A stretch of DNA of 32,000 nt, taken from assembly GCF_000008625.1 (NCBI RefSeq), contig NC_000918.1:930001-962000 (forward strand), written 5' to 3'. Origin of the DNA: Aquifex aeolicus VF5. Lineage in GTDB: Bacteria; Aquificota; Aquificia; Aquificales; Aquificaceae. The notes under the pieces are model-generated. The model had not been told where the DNA came from and did not search any database. It saw nothing but the letters and a program-made list of their open reading frames with translations. Both the position numbers and the translations under genes were made by a program. Shown here piece by piece: positions 1 to 9,500 of this stretch; the stretch's first letter is position 1, and each line of letters starts with the position of its first letter.

Positions 1-1107
1 GACCTTGAGGGTGAAAAGGTTGTTCAGAGTGACGTAATTCTCGGACAGCTACACAGGGGAATGGAAAAGCTTGCGGAAAACTTGCACTACTTCCAGTTCA
101 TTCCCTACACGGACCGTATGGACTACATATCCGCTATATGTAACGAGCTCGCTTACGTGGAGACCGTGGAAAGACTCCTGGGTGTAGAGGTTCCCGAGAA
201 GGCGAGATACATAAGGACGATGTTTGCGGAACTCCAGAGGATTAACTCCCACCTCCTCTGGCTCGGAACCGGAGCTCTGGACCTCGGAGCACTCACGGTA
301 TTCCTTTACGCTTTCAGGGAAAGGGAAAAGATAATGGACATAATTGAGGGAAATGCGGGTTACAGACTCACGAGCTGCTTCTTAAGGATAGGAGGGGTTC
401 ACTACGACCTCGCGGAAGGCACTCTGGACGTAGTAAAGCACTTTATAAAAGACTTTCCCAACAGACTAAAGGAGTATCACACTCTCCTTACGAGGAACAG
501 GATATGGTTAAGGAGAACTAAGGATGTTGGCGTAATAACGAGGGAAGACGTTCACAATTATGGGCTTTCCGGGCCCGTTGCAAGAGGCTCGGGTGTTCCC
601 TACGACCTGAGAAAACTCCAGCCGTACGCCGCTTACGACGAGGTTGAGTTTGATATACCGGTTGGAGAAGTAGGGGACGTTTACGACAGGTACCTTGTGA
701 GAATGGAAGAAATGGCCCAAAGTGTGAGGATAATTGAGCAGTGTGTTCAGAAGCTTGAAAAACTTCCCAAAGACGCTCCATACCTAAACAAGGAACACCC
801 TGCGGTAATTCCGCCCAAAGAAGACGTATTCCACGACCTTGAGAGCATGGTAAAGTCCTTTAGAGTTGTTGTTCACGGTGAAGATGCACCGCCCGGAGAG
901 GTTTACTTTGCCGGTGAAAACCCCAGAGGAGAGCTGGGCTTCTTCATCTACTCAAAAGGTGGCGGGAAACCTTACAGAACACGTATACGTTCGGGAGCTC
1001 TTTACAACTTATCTATATTCCCGAAACTCATACAAGGAAGGACGATTGCGGATGCCATAGCACTTCTCGGAAGTCTTGATCCGGTTGTTGGTGAGACGGA
1101 TAGGTAA
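1..1107 (+). CDS. nuoD: NADH-quinone oxidoreductase subunit D (49 kDa subunit), 5'-truncated by the window edge
   Basis: Frame 1 is open from base 1 (DLEGEKVVQSDVILGQLHRGMEKLAENL...), so the Met at 61 in the ORF track is internal. The HRGxEKL motif and the C-terminal GSLDPVVGETDR are typical of NuoD/Nqo4. nuoH follows immediately. Confidence 0.9.
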   Translation, partial: DLEGEKVVQSDVILGQLHRGMEKLAENLHYFQFIPYTDRMDYISAICNELAYVETVERLLGVEVPEKARYIRTMFAELQRINSHLLWLGTGALDLGALTVFLYAFREREKIMDIIEGNAGYRLTSCFLRIGGVHYDLAEGTLDVVKHFIKDFPNRLKEYHTLLTRNRIWLRRTKDVGVITREDVHNYGLSGPVARGSGVPYDLRKLQPYAAYDEVEFDIPVGEVGDVYDRYLVRMEEMAQSVRIIEQCVQKLEKLPKDAPYLNKEHPAVIPPKEDVFHDLESMVKSFRVVVHGEDAPPGEVYFAGENPRGELGFFIYSKGGGKPYRTRIRSGALYNLSIFPKLIQGRTIADAIALLGSLDPVVGETDR

Positions 1108-1119
1108 GGGGGCAAGCGG

Positions 1120-2130
1120 ATGGAAGCGATAGCTTACTCTTTAGCCTTTACCTTCTTGAAGATAGTTATAGTCTTTTCCCTGGCTCTCGGTATAGGGGCT
1201 TACCTCACGTGGTTTGAAAGAAAGCTCGCAGGGCACATTCAAAACAGGTTAGGACCAACGGTGGTAGGTAAGTTCGGGATACTCCAACCTCTTGCGGACG
1301 CCCTAAAGCTCGCAACCAAAGAAGTTATCATCCCTAGAGGAGCGGACAAGCCCGTATACTACGCAGCTGTAGTGATGGCTTTAGTTCCGTCCATACTTCT
1401 GCTTACGATAATTCCCTTTGGACCGGGTTTTAGAGTGGGGAATACCTACATAGAGCCCATAATTGCGGACGTGAACATAGCATTACTCCTTGCCTTTGCC
1501 TTTGGTTCACTATCGGTTTACGGAACAATATTCTCGGGATGGGCTTCAAACTCCAAGTACGCCTTTATAGGTTCACTTAGAAAAGCCGCGGTAGTTATAG
1601 CGTACGAAGTAGTTCTCGGTTTTTCCGTTTTGGGTGTTATTCTTCTTGCGGGTACGCTCAGCACGGTCGGGATAGTTGAAGCTCAGATACAGAAGGGAGT
1701 CTGGTTCATCTTTTACCAGCCTGTGGCTTTTATCCTGTACCTTTTCTGTATGCTTGCTGAAAGCGGAAGGGTTCCCTTTGACATTCAGGAGGCGGAAGCG
1801 GAGCTGGTTACGGGTTACAACGTTGAGTACGGCGGTATGAAGTTCGGAGCTTTTCCTCTCGCAGAGTGGTACGTAAACGTAATAGCCCTTTCCGCAATAG
1901 CTGTAGTTCTCTTCTTCGGCGGATGGGATGGACCTCACATCTTCGGGCCACTTTCTCCGTACTTCTGGTTCGTGTTCAAGACATTTGCACTGGTTTTCTT
2001 TACTCTATGGCTACACTGGACCTTGCCCAGATTTCAGGCAAAGGACATTACGGAAATTGCCTGGAAGATACTCCTTCCCATAGCGATACTTAACGTGATA
2101 ATTACTGCGGTTGTGGTTTATGCATTTTAG
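1120..2130 (+). CDS. nuoH: NADH-quinone oxidoreductase subunit H (ND1 homologue)
   Basis: 336-aa polytopic membrane protein with LTWFERKLAGHIQNRLGP and EAEAELVTGYNVEYGG motifs typical of NuoH/ND1. AAGGGGG SD lies just upstream. Confidence 0.93.
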   Translation: MEAIAYSLAFTFLKIVIVFSLALGIGAYLTWFERKLAGHIQNRLGPTVVGKFGILQPLADALKLATKEVIIPRGADKPVYYAAVVMALVPSILLLTIIPFGPGFRVGNTYIEPIIADVNIALLLAFAFGSLSVYGTIFSGWASNSKYAFIGSLRKAAVVIAYEVVLGFSVLGVILLAGTLSTVGIVEAQIQKGVWFIFYQPVAFILYLFCMLAESGRVPFDIQEAEAELVTGYNVEYGGMKFGAFPLAEWYVNVIALSAIAVVLFFGGWDGPHIFGPLSPYFWFVFKTFALVFFTLWLHWTLPRFQAKDITEIAWKILLPIAILNVIITAVVVYAF

Positions 2131-2141
2131 GAGGATTTAGG

Positions 2142-2747
2142 ATGGGTGTGAAGAAGTTAAGCAGGAAGGATTACTTGAACATACTAGAAAGCATACTTTT
2201 TATAGACTTCCTTAAGGGACTTTCCGTAACGCTGAAAAACCTCTTGAGGAGACCAATTACTACGGAATACCCGAAAGAAAAACTCACTCCTCCCAAGCGT
2301 TTCAGGGGAGCTCACGGGCACTATGTGTGGGACGGAACCGAACCTGACTCACTCAAAGCTATAGAAAAGTTCATGTCTTATGAAAAGGCAAAGAGCAGGT
2401 GTGTTGCCTGCTACATGTGTCAGACAGCCTGTCCCATGCCAACTCTTTTCAGAATAGAAGCGGTGCAGCTTCCTAATGGGAAGAAAAAGGTCGTAAGGTT
2501 TGACATGAACCTCCTTAACTGTCTCTTCTGTGGGCTCTGCGTTGACGCGTGTCCCGTGGGATGTCTTACGATGACGGATATCTTTGAACTCGCAAATTAC
2601 TCAAGGAGAAATGAAGTCCTTCGCATGGAGGACCTTGAGAAGTTCGCCATAGACTTCAAGCAAAGAAGGGGCAACGAGCCCGACAGAATTTGGCCAAATG
2701 ATGAAGAAAGGGAAAAACTGTGGGGGAAGATAGAGTGGAGTGGTTAA
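2142..2747 (+). CDS. nuoI: NADH-quinone oxidoreductase subunit I (2x[4Fe-4S] ferredoxin-type)
   Basis: Two CxxCxxCxxxCP motifs (CVACYMCQTACP, CLFCGLCVDACP). N-terminal LKGLSVTLKNLLRRPITTEYP and RFRG are typical of NuoI/Nqo9. AGGAGG SD upstream. Confidence 0.92.
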   Translation: MGVKKLSRKDYLNILESILFIDFLKGLSVTLKNLLRRPITTEYPKEKLTPPKRFRGAHGHYVWDGTEPDSLKAIEKFMSYEKAKSRCVACYMCQTACPMPTLFRIEAVQLPNGKKKVVRFDMNLLNCLFCGLCVDACPVGCLTMTDIFELANYSRRNEVLRMEDLEKFAIDFKQRRGNEPDRIWPNDEEREKLWGKIEWSG

Positions 2748-3223
2748 TCTTCTTCATCTTAGGAGCTTGGCTTATAATTTCTGCCTTGGGGACGGTTCTG
2801 GCTAAAAATCCCATTCACGTTATGCTCTTCTTCCTTTCCTCCTTACTCGCTATGGCGGGTCTTTTCCTGAGCCTCGGGGCGGAACTCCTCGCGGGTCTTC
2901 AGCTCATAATCTACGCGGTTGCCATAGTGGTGTTCTACGTCCTTGCCATAACCACGATACCTTGGGAAAAGATAAAGCGCTTTGAGGGTGTTTACAAAAC
3001 GGAAATTCTCACTGCATCCCCTATACTGCTTGTGCTCTTCCTCGTTATGAGTTACATGGTTATTAAGGGGAAGTTTGCTGAGCCTTCGGGTGTAGTAAAG
3101 GACAACGTGGAGGCTGTGGGAAGGACCTTATTTACTTCTTACCTCTTTCCCTTTGAGGTAGCTTCGGTAATACTTCTGGTTGCAATGGTGGGTGCAATCC
3201 TTCTTGCCAGAAAAGAAGAGTGA
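2720..3223 (+). CDS. nuoJ: NADH-quinone oxidoreductase subunit J
   Basis: 167-aa hydrophobic protein in the conserved nuoJ position between nuoI and nuoK. GTG start at 2720, with an alternative GTG at 2735; it overlaps the nuoI 3' end. Confidence 0.8.
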   Translation: MGEDRVEWLIFFILGAWLIISALGTVLAKNPIHVMLFFLSSLLAMAGLFLSLGAELLAGLQLIIYAVAIVVFYVLAITTIPWEKIKRFEGVYKTEILTASPILLVLFLVMSYMVIKGKFAEPSGVVKDNVEAVGRTLFTSYLFPFEVASVILLVAMVGAILLARKEE

Positions 3224-3232
3224 GGTGGGGCT

Positions 3233-3535
3233 ATGGATATAATCAAGGCTTATATCATCCTAAGTATTGCTTTATTCCTCATAGGACTTCTTGGTGTTAT
3301 AGTTAGGAAGAACCTCATTACGGTTCTCGTTAGCACGGAGCTAATGCTGAACGGTATTAACCTAGCTCTGGTTGCAGCTGACAAGGTTCTCGGAAGAGTT
3401 GATGGGCAAATTTTTGCCTTTTTTGTTCTGACGGTGGCTGCGGCGGAAGTTGCGGTAGGGCTTGGTTTAATAGTCGCCATATTCAGGCTCAAAGGTTATG
3501 AAGCTTCTCATGAGATTTCTCAGTTGAGGGATTGA
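3233..3535 (+). CDS. nuoK: NADH-quinone oxidoreductase subunit K
   Basis: 100-aa 3-TM protein with ELMLNGINLALV and AAAEVAVGLGLIV motifs typical of NuoK/ND4L. GAGGTGGGG SD upstream. Confidence 0.88.
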   Translation: MDIIKAYIILSIALFLIGLLGVIVRKNLITVLVSTELMLNGINLALVAADKVLGRVDGQIFAFFVLTVAAAEVAVGLGLIVAIFRLKGYEASHEISQLRD

Positions 3536-5400
3536 GCATGATGGTGGAGTTGGGGGTTATCTTCACACCACTGATAGCATTTTTAATAATATTGCTCTTC
3601 GGAAGAAAGATAGGAGATTTAGGAAGCGGGATAATAGCGTCAGTAGGAGCAGGACTTACAACTCTTTTCTCCTTGGTAGTCGCCCTCAAAGCCATTCACT
3701 CTCCCGTTCACGTCAAACTCTATGACTTCCTCCCAATTGGCAATTACACACTCTCCCTCGGATTTTACTTTGACTCACTCTCTTCCTTGATGGCACTTGT
3801 CGTCACATTCGTTGCCACTCTCATATTCGTCTACTCAATCGGCTACATGCGTGACGAGTTCGGCAAATGGGTCTTCAAGTTCTACGCTTACCTATCACTC
3901 TTCCTCTTCGCTATGCTCCTTATCGTGCTCTCGGACAACCTCCTCGGAATCTTCTTCGGCTGGGAAGGTGTGGGACTTGCTTCATACCTCCTTATCGGAT
4001 ACTACCACGAACAAAAAAAAGCTACAAAAGCTTCCTTTGAAGCCTTCGTTATGAACAGAATAGGTGACTGGCTCTTTATCTTCGGTATCATCTACTCCTT
4101 TTATCTCTTCAAAACCTTAGAAATCACTCAAATATTCCCCAAAGTTGAAGAAGTAGACAAGTACGCTCTTGGCGTTGCCACAATGCTCCTCTTTGGAGGA
4201 GCAGTCGGAAAGTCGGGACAATTTCCGCTTCATACGTGGCTACCAAACGCAATGGCAGGTCCCACTCCAGTTTCTGCACTCCTTCACGCAGCCACGATGG
4301 TAGCAGCTGGTGTCTACATGGTAGCAAGACTCTATCCCATGTTTGAAGCAACACCTCAAACGCTAAAACTCATAGTGCTTATCGGAGCGATAACCATGAC
4401 AATGGCAGCACTCGCAGGTGCTGTTCACAACGACATAAAGAAGATAATCGCATTTTCAACGATGAGTCAGCTCGGATACATGTTTGTTGCTCTGGGAGTG
4501 GGGGACAAGGGCGGAGCGATGTTCCACCTCACCACTCACGCTTTCTTCAAAGCCCTCCTGTTTTTAGCGGCTGGTGCTGTAATAACAGCGTTCCACCACC
4601 ACCTTTACGACATCTTCAAGATGGGAGGGCTAAAGAAGTACATGCCTGTGACTTATGTGGCGTTTATGATAGGGGCACTTAGTTTGGCAGGAGTGTTTCC
4701 CTTCAGTGGTTTCTGGAGTAAAGACAGGATAGTGGCGAGCATGTACGAGTGGAGCGGAGTGCTTGGAGTTCTTGGAACGATAGTGGCGTTTATAACTGCA
4801 TATTACGCGTTCAGGGAAGGATTTTTGGTGTTTCACGGAAGAGAGAGATGGAGGGAGATATACGATAAAGACGTTCATGAAGTAGAGGGAGTGATGACGG
4901 TACCTATGGGGCTATTAGGATTTTTGACCGTTCTCACAGGGCTATTTGGTCTTTGGCTAGAGCACTGGTATGTAGGCTTGATAGGAGGGGAGGAGAAGGG
5001 GATACACCTGAGTGTTGCGCTAGTGTCGCTCGGAGTGGCAATAGCTGGGATATGGCTTCCGTGGCCGGTATATGTGAAGAAGGTGATAGATTACAACAAA
5101 GCGTATGAATCTTTGAAGTTTATACACACGACTTTCAAGGAGCAATTCTTTACTGAAAAGCTCTACCACAACGTTGTTGCGGGTGGGTACCTTACTTACT
5201 CAAGGAGTCTGTATTCCACCGTTGAAAGGCTTTTTATAGACGGTATTGTGAACGCTACGTATCCGATTGTGGAACTCCTGGGAAGTGTGCTAAAGTTCTT
5301 CCAGAACGGAAGGCTCAGCTGGTACGTGATGGGTCTTGCCACGGGATTGACTATAATTGTCCTTATACTTTTTGCAATAACGATTAGAGGAGGGCTGTAA
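3532..5400 (+). CDS. nuoL: NADH-quinone oxidoreductase subunit L (antiporter-like)
   Basis: 622 aa with WEGVGLASYLLIGYY, GKSGQFPLHTWLPNAMAGPTPVSALLHAATMVAAGVY and a long C-terminal extension with a final TM helix. The track start is TTG 3532. ATG at 3538 or 3541, with GAGGG 7 nt upstream of 3538, is at least as likely. Confidence 0.93.
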   Translation: MSMMVELGVIFTPLIAFLIILLFGRKIGDLGSGIIASVGAGLTTLFSLVVALKAIHSPVHVKLYDFLPIGNYTLSLGFYFDSLSSLMALVVTFVATLIFVYSIGYMRDEFGKWVFKFYAYLSLFLFAMLLIVLSDNLLGIFFGWEGVGLASYLLIGYYHEQKKATKASFEAFVMNRIGDWLFIFGIIYSFYLFKTLEITQIFPKVEEVDKYALGVATMLLFGGAVGKSGQFPLHTWLPNAMAGPTPVSALLHAATMVAAGVYMVARLYPMFEATPQTLKLIVLIGAITMTMAALAGAVHNDIKKIIAFSTMSQLGYMFVALGVGDKGGAMFHLTTHAFFKALLFLAAGAVITAFHHHLYDIFKMGGLKKYMPVTYVAFMIGALSLAGVFPFSGFWSKDRIVASMYEWSGVLGVLGTIVAFITAYYAFREGFLVFHGRERWREIYDKDVHEVEGVMTVPMGLLGFLTVLTGLFGLWLEHWYVGLIGGEEKGIHLSVALVSLGVAIAGIWLPWPVYVKKVIDYNKAYESLKFIHTTFKEQFFTEKLYHNVVAGGYLTYSRSLYSTVERLFIDGIVNATYPIVELLGSVLKFFQNGRLSWYVMGLATGLTIIVLILFAITIRGGL

Positions 5401-6875
5401 TGGAAACTCTCTTAAACGTTGCCATATTCCTTCCATTGGTGGGGGCACTGCTTGTCGCCGTAATAAGAAACGAAATTTTTGCCAAAGTTGCTTCCATACT
5501 CATAGGTGCCGTTGTAGCGCTAATATCCCTGGTCCTCTTCGTTAACTTTGATTTCAGTAAAAAAGGGTTTCAGTTTGAAACATACGTTCCGTGGATAAAG
5601 ACCTTAGGCATAGGCTACCACGTAGGCGTTGACGGAATGGCGATAAGCCTTATCCTCATGACTTCCATCCTCTTTCTCGCCGCATATATATGGTCCTGGA
5701 AGATAGAAGACAGACCTTCCCTCTACTTTGCCCTCTTCCTGGCACTGGAAACCGCCTGTATAGGTGTTTTCGCAGCACTGGACTTATTTCTCTTTTACCT
5801 GTTCTGGGAAGGAATGCTCATTCCTATGTACTTCATAATCGGTTTCTGGGGACACGACAGGAAGGTTTACGCGGCTAATAAGTTCTTCCTTTACACCTTC
5901 TTCGGTTCTCTGTTTCTTCTCCTCGGTATTGCTTCTATACTCGTTTATGGATACTTTGAAACGGGTAAGATTTCCTTTGATTACTTTTTCCACCTCGGAC
6001 TTGATTACCCCCTTTGGCTTGAGCTTATAGCTTTCCTGTTATTCGGTATTGGTTTTGCGGTAAAGATACCCATGTGGCCCTTCCATACATGGCTTCCGGA
6101 CGCTCACGTTGAAGCTCCTACCGCAGGTTCCGTAATACTTGCAGGTGTTCTCCTTAAGATGGGAACTTACGGTTTTGTAAGATTTTCCCTGCCCTTCTTC
6201 CCAGAAGCCTCTAAGTACTATATACCCCTTATATTCACACTCAGCGTAGTTGCAGTTATATACGCTGCCATGATGGCTATAGCTCAAACACACATGAAGA
6301 GACTCATTGCTTACTCTTCAATATCTCACATGGGACTCGTTACACTCGGAACCTTTGCTATGAACAGCGATGCCTTGAACGGTGCGATTTACCTCATGAT
6401 AGCTCACGGGCTTTCTTCCGCGGCTCTCTTCCTAGGAGCTGGCTTTATATACGACAGGATACACTCTTACCACATGGATGACCTGGGCGGTCTTGCGAGA
6501 TACATACCTTACTTTACCTTTGCCTTCTTTCTTGCGGTTCTTGCCGGTATAGCGTTCCCCGGATTTGCGAGCTTCGTTTCTGAATTCCTTATACTCCTAG
6601 GCATATTTGAAAAGTTCCCCGTATGGGCTTTTGTTGCAGGTATAGGTATGGTTCTGGGAGCGGCATACTCGCTATACATGTTCAGAAAGGTAATGCTGGA
6701 AGAGGAGAGTATTCCCGAGGAAAGAGTAGAAAAGTGGAAGAAGTTGAAAGACTTGGAACTCCACCACGCTATTCCCTTTGCACTGATAATTGGCATGGCT
6801 CTCGTTATGGGAATATACCCTTATCCCTTTGTGAAGATAGTGGAACACACTTCTAAACTCGTGTTCGGAGGTTGA
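5400..6875 (+). CDS. nuoM: NADH-quinone oxidoreductase subunit M (antiporter-like)
   Basis: 491 aa with FYLFWEGMLIPMYFIIGFWG and PFHTWLPDAHVEAPTAGSVILAGVLLKMGTYG. The ATG overlaps the nuoL stop (TAATG). Confidence 0.92.
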   Translation: METLLNVAIFLPLVGALLVAVIRNEIFAKVASILIGAVVALISLVLFVNFDFSKKGFQFETYVPWIKTLGIGYHVGVDGMAISLILMTSILFLAAYIWSWKIEDRPSLYFALFLALETACIGVFAALDLFLFYLFWEGMLIPMYFIIGFWGHDRKVYAANKFFLYTFFGSLFLLLGIASILVYGYFETGKISFDYFFHLGLDYPLWLELIAFLLFGIGFAVKIPMWPFHTWLPDAHVEAPTAGSVILAGVLLKMGTYGFVRFSLPFFPEASKYYIPLIFTLSVVAVIYAAMMAIAQTHMKRLIAYSSISHMGLVTLGTFAMNSDALNGAIYLMIAHGLSSAALFLGAGFIYDRIHSYHMDDLGGLARYIPYFTFAFFLAVLAGIAFPGFASFVSEFLILLGIFEKFPVWAFVAGIGMVLGAAYSLYMFRKVMLEEESIPEERVEKWKKLKDLELHHAIPFALIIGMALVMGIYPYPFVKIVEHTSKLVFGG

Positions 6876-6879
6876 AGCC

Positions 6880-8274
6880 TTGAACTGGAACGCTATACTT
6901 CCCGAAGCCATACTCGCAATAGGAATTCTCACGGTTTTCATACTTGAGCTATTCCTTGAAAGGAAGCATTACAAGTTCTTGAGTGTCCTTGCTTTTATAT
7001 TCGTTGTCCTTTCAGGGTATTCAATATTCTTCGTAAATTATCCTGCAAAACTCTTTTTTGACGGCTTTTCCGTAGATGCTCTTAACTTAATCGGCAAGCT
7101 TTTCATTTTGGCAGTCACCGGGTTTGTACTCCTTTCTTCCTACGACTACTTCTCCAAGAAGAACTCCCAGTATGGAGAACTCCCATACCTCTACCTGATA
7201 GCAACACTCGGTTTAATGGTTATGATTTCCTCCGACAACCTTGCGATAATCTTCACGGGACTGGAACTCGCCTCCATCACCATGTACATACTCGTGGGTT
7301 TGTTCAGAAGGGAGTATCTCTCAAAGGAAGGAGCTTTTAAGTACTTGGTAATAGGAACTACTGGAACGTCCATGTACGCACTCGGTTCAGCACTCGTTTA
7401 CGCCTCAAGCGGTTCTATGGTTCTGAGTCCCGTAAAAGAAGAGAACACTTTATTTGCCTTAGGTGTGATACTGATAATTTCCGCCCTTGCTCTGAAGGTT
7501 TCCGCTGTTCCCTTCCACTTCTGGACGCCTGACGCTTACGAGGGAGCACCTACGCCCACTACAGCTTACCTTTCAACTGTTCCCAAAATCGGTATGTACT
7601 TCCTCTTTGTCAAACTCACCATGTACCTCTTTTCCGCGTTCCCCGATTGGAAGTACGTGGTTATGCTTCTCGCTGTACTTTCCATGTTCTACGGAAATAT
7701 AGTCGCTTACGCTCAGAAGTCCGTAAAGAGACTGCTCGCCTACTCCTCAATAGCACACGCAGGATACTTCCTTACCGCTTTAACCGCTGTGGATAAACAC
7801 CTCTTTTCCGCACTTCTCTTTTACGTGTTCGTTTACGCTCTTGCAACCGTCGGAGCGTTTACGGTTCTCGCTATCCTTGAGAAAAAGGAAGGCTGGACAC
7901 ATCACTTCTTAGATTTCAAAGGATTAAAAGAGGAAAACCCTGTTCTCGCTTCTATGCTAGCACTCTTCCTCTTTGCCTTGATAGGTATCCCTCCCGCTGC
8001 TGTATTTCTGGGTAAGCTCGGTATATTCTTCGGGCTAGTTAAAACCGATATGTTCGCCCTTGGTATCCTCTTTGCCATAGCGAGTTTAATTTCCGCAGGG
8101 TATTACCTAAAGGTTATCGTTTACATGTTCCTCTACTCGGGAGAAGTAAGACACGGTCAGACTACGGTTTCCGCTGGAGAGGCTTTCACGGTTCTCGGTA
8201 CGGCTTTCCTCGTTATATTCTTTGGTCTATTTCCCCATGTGGTTCTTGACTTTATCCTGCGTGCCCTCTCTTAA
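6880..8274 (+). CDS. nuoN: NADH-quinone oxidoreductase subunit N (antiporter-like)
   Basis: 464 aa with VPFHFWTPDAYEGAPTPTTAYLS and KRLLAYSSIAHAGY. TTG start with GGAGG 7 nt upstream. Confidence 0.9.
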   Translation: MNWNAILPEAILAIGILTVFILELFLERKHYKFLSVLAFIFVVLSGYSIFFVNYPAKLFFDGFSVDALNLIGKLFILAVTGFVLLSSYDYFSKKNSQYGELPYLYLIATLGLMVMISSDNLAIIFTGLELASITMYILVGLFRREYLSKEGAFKYLVIGTTGTSMYALGSALVYASSGSMVLSPVKEENTLFALGVILIISALALKVSAVPFHFWTPDAYEGAPTPTTAYLSTVPKIGMYFLFVKLTMYLFSAFPDWKYVVMLLAVLSMFYGNIVAYAQKSVKRLLAYSSIAHAGYFLTALTAVDKHLFSALLFYVFVYALATVGAFTVLAILEKKEGWTHHFLDFKGLKEENPVLASMLALFLFALIGIPPAAVFLGKLGIFFGLVKTDMFALGILFAIASLISAGYYLKVIVYMFLYSGEVRHGQTTVSAGEAFTVLGTAFLVIFFGLFPHVVLDFILRALS

Positions 8275-8283
8275 TTAATTTTT

Positions 8284-8925
8284 ATGTACACGGCAATAAT
8301 CCTCGCTGCTGGTAGAGGTAGCAGAATAGGTTTCAGGAAACAGTTTGCAACCCTTTGCGGAAAGCCTCTATTTATGCACTCCCTTGAGAAAGTTCTGGAC
8401 ATATTTGAAGAAGTAATACTCGTTCTCCCAGAGGATTTCTTAGATAAAGTTAAAGTTCACCCGAAAGTGAAGAAAGTAGCGGGAGGACCAGAAAGACAGG
8501 ACTCTGTATTTAACGCATTGTTACAGGCCACAGGAGACATCGTAGTAATACACGACTCCGCAAGACCACTCGCTACAAAAAAGATGTTTTTAGAAGTAGC
8601 CCAGCTCGGGGATTACCACGGGAAAGTGGTGGCTTCTCCTGCAAGGGATACTTTAAAGGAAGTAGTAGAAGGTAAGGTGATAAAAACTTTAAATCGCTCT
8701 TTAATCTGGCACGCCCAGACACCCCAGGCCTTCAGGAGGGATATTCTCCTCGAGTGTCACATGAGGGCAAAGGCAGAGGGTTTCGTCGGAACGGACGACG
8801 CAAGCCTGCTGGAACGCTACGGCTACAGCGTGGGAGTTGTTGAAGGAAGCTACTGGAATGTCAAGATAACTTATCCTGAGGATTTAGAAATGGTGAAAAA
8901 GATAATGGGATGCGAAGAGGATTAA
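8284..8925 (+). CDS. ispD: 2-C-methyl-D-erythritol 4-phosphate cytidylyltransferase
   Basis: 213 aa with N-terminal ILAAGRGSRIGFRKQF (the AAGxGxR nucleotide-binding loop of IspD), VIHDSARP and AQTPQAF motifs. Confidence 0.88.
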   Translation: MYTAIILAAGRGSRIGFRKQFATLCGKPLFMHSLEKVLDIFEEVILVLPEDFLDKVKVHPKVKKVAGGPERQDSVFNALLQATGDIVVIHDSARPLATKKMFLEVAQLGDYHGKVVASPARDTLKEVVEGKVIKTLNRSLIWHAQTPQAFRRDILLECHMRAKAEGFVGTDDASLLERYGYSVGVVEGSYWNVKITYPEDLEMVKKIMGCEED

Positions 8926-9500
8926 CCCGTTTCTTCCGCCCTCGGGAATTGCGGGCAGGCGTCTTCGGGCGGTATTTCTTTTGGAAACTCTTCTTTATAC
9001 TCGTTGTGATAACCGCAGACGTAGCATTGGATTTCTACGAGATACCCCTCGTGGGCGTGTCCTATATCCCAACCGCACAGGGGACACTCTCCTTCCTGAG
9101 CCTTCAGAACTTCCGCTAACCTGCTTCCGTCTTTTAAGTAATTCAGTACATTCTTGACCCTCTTTATCGCTTCCTTTACCTCGTAAGAGTTCCACTCAGC
9201 TCCGCAGTCCAGACACCTAAACTCGGCATATGTTCCTTCTCTTAAAAGTTTTACTATGTCCGTGGAACCGCATCTGTCGTCTATGCACACGGCTCCTATT
9301 TCCTTTCTGGAGAGCTTGTCAAGAATTCTGTAAACGGTTTCCTTGTCCAGTTTCATGGGAACGTCGTAAGCCTTATAACCGCAGCACTCGCAAAAAGCTT
9401 CAACTCTCGGGTACGGTTCCATGTACTCACAAACCCTTAGAGCTATCCTGTTACAGGCGGGACAGAGTTCTCTGTGTTGAAGATAAAAGCCCCCGTTCAT
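8922..9500 (-). CDS. Hypothetical protein with three tandem CxxC...CxxC zinc-ribbon units
   Basis: 192-aa ORF whose start overlaps the mobB stop by 4 nt (ATGA-type coupling). Cys pairs are CPAC...CECC, CIDDRC...CLDC and CPLC...CYVC, each pair about 17-20 residues apart. I recognise no family. Confidence 0.6.
   Translation of the reverse strand: MNGGFYLQHRELCPACNRIALRVCEYMEPYPRVEAFCECCGYKAYDVPMKLDKETVYRILDKLSRKEIGAVCIDDRCGSTDIVKLLREGTYAEFRCLDCGAEWNSYEVKEAIKRVKNVLNYLKDGSRLAEVLKAQEGECPLCGWDIGHAHEGYLVEIQCYVCGYHNEYKEEFPKEIPPEDACPQFPRAEETG

Noticed and set aside
2720-2747. The 28-nt nuoI/nuoJ overlap, considered as a possible frameshift or fusion
   Set aside because: Both proteins are complete and of normal length. 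The alternative GTG at 2735 reduces the overlap. Short overlaps are the norm throughout this window.
3797-4054. Ser-rich 85-aa alternative-frame ORF inside nuoL
   Set aside because: It is embedded in the conserved WEGVGLASYLLIGYY region of nuoL, which explains the open alternative frame by codon bias. There is no independent signal.
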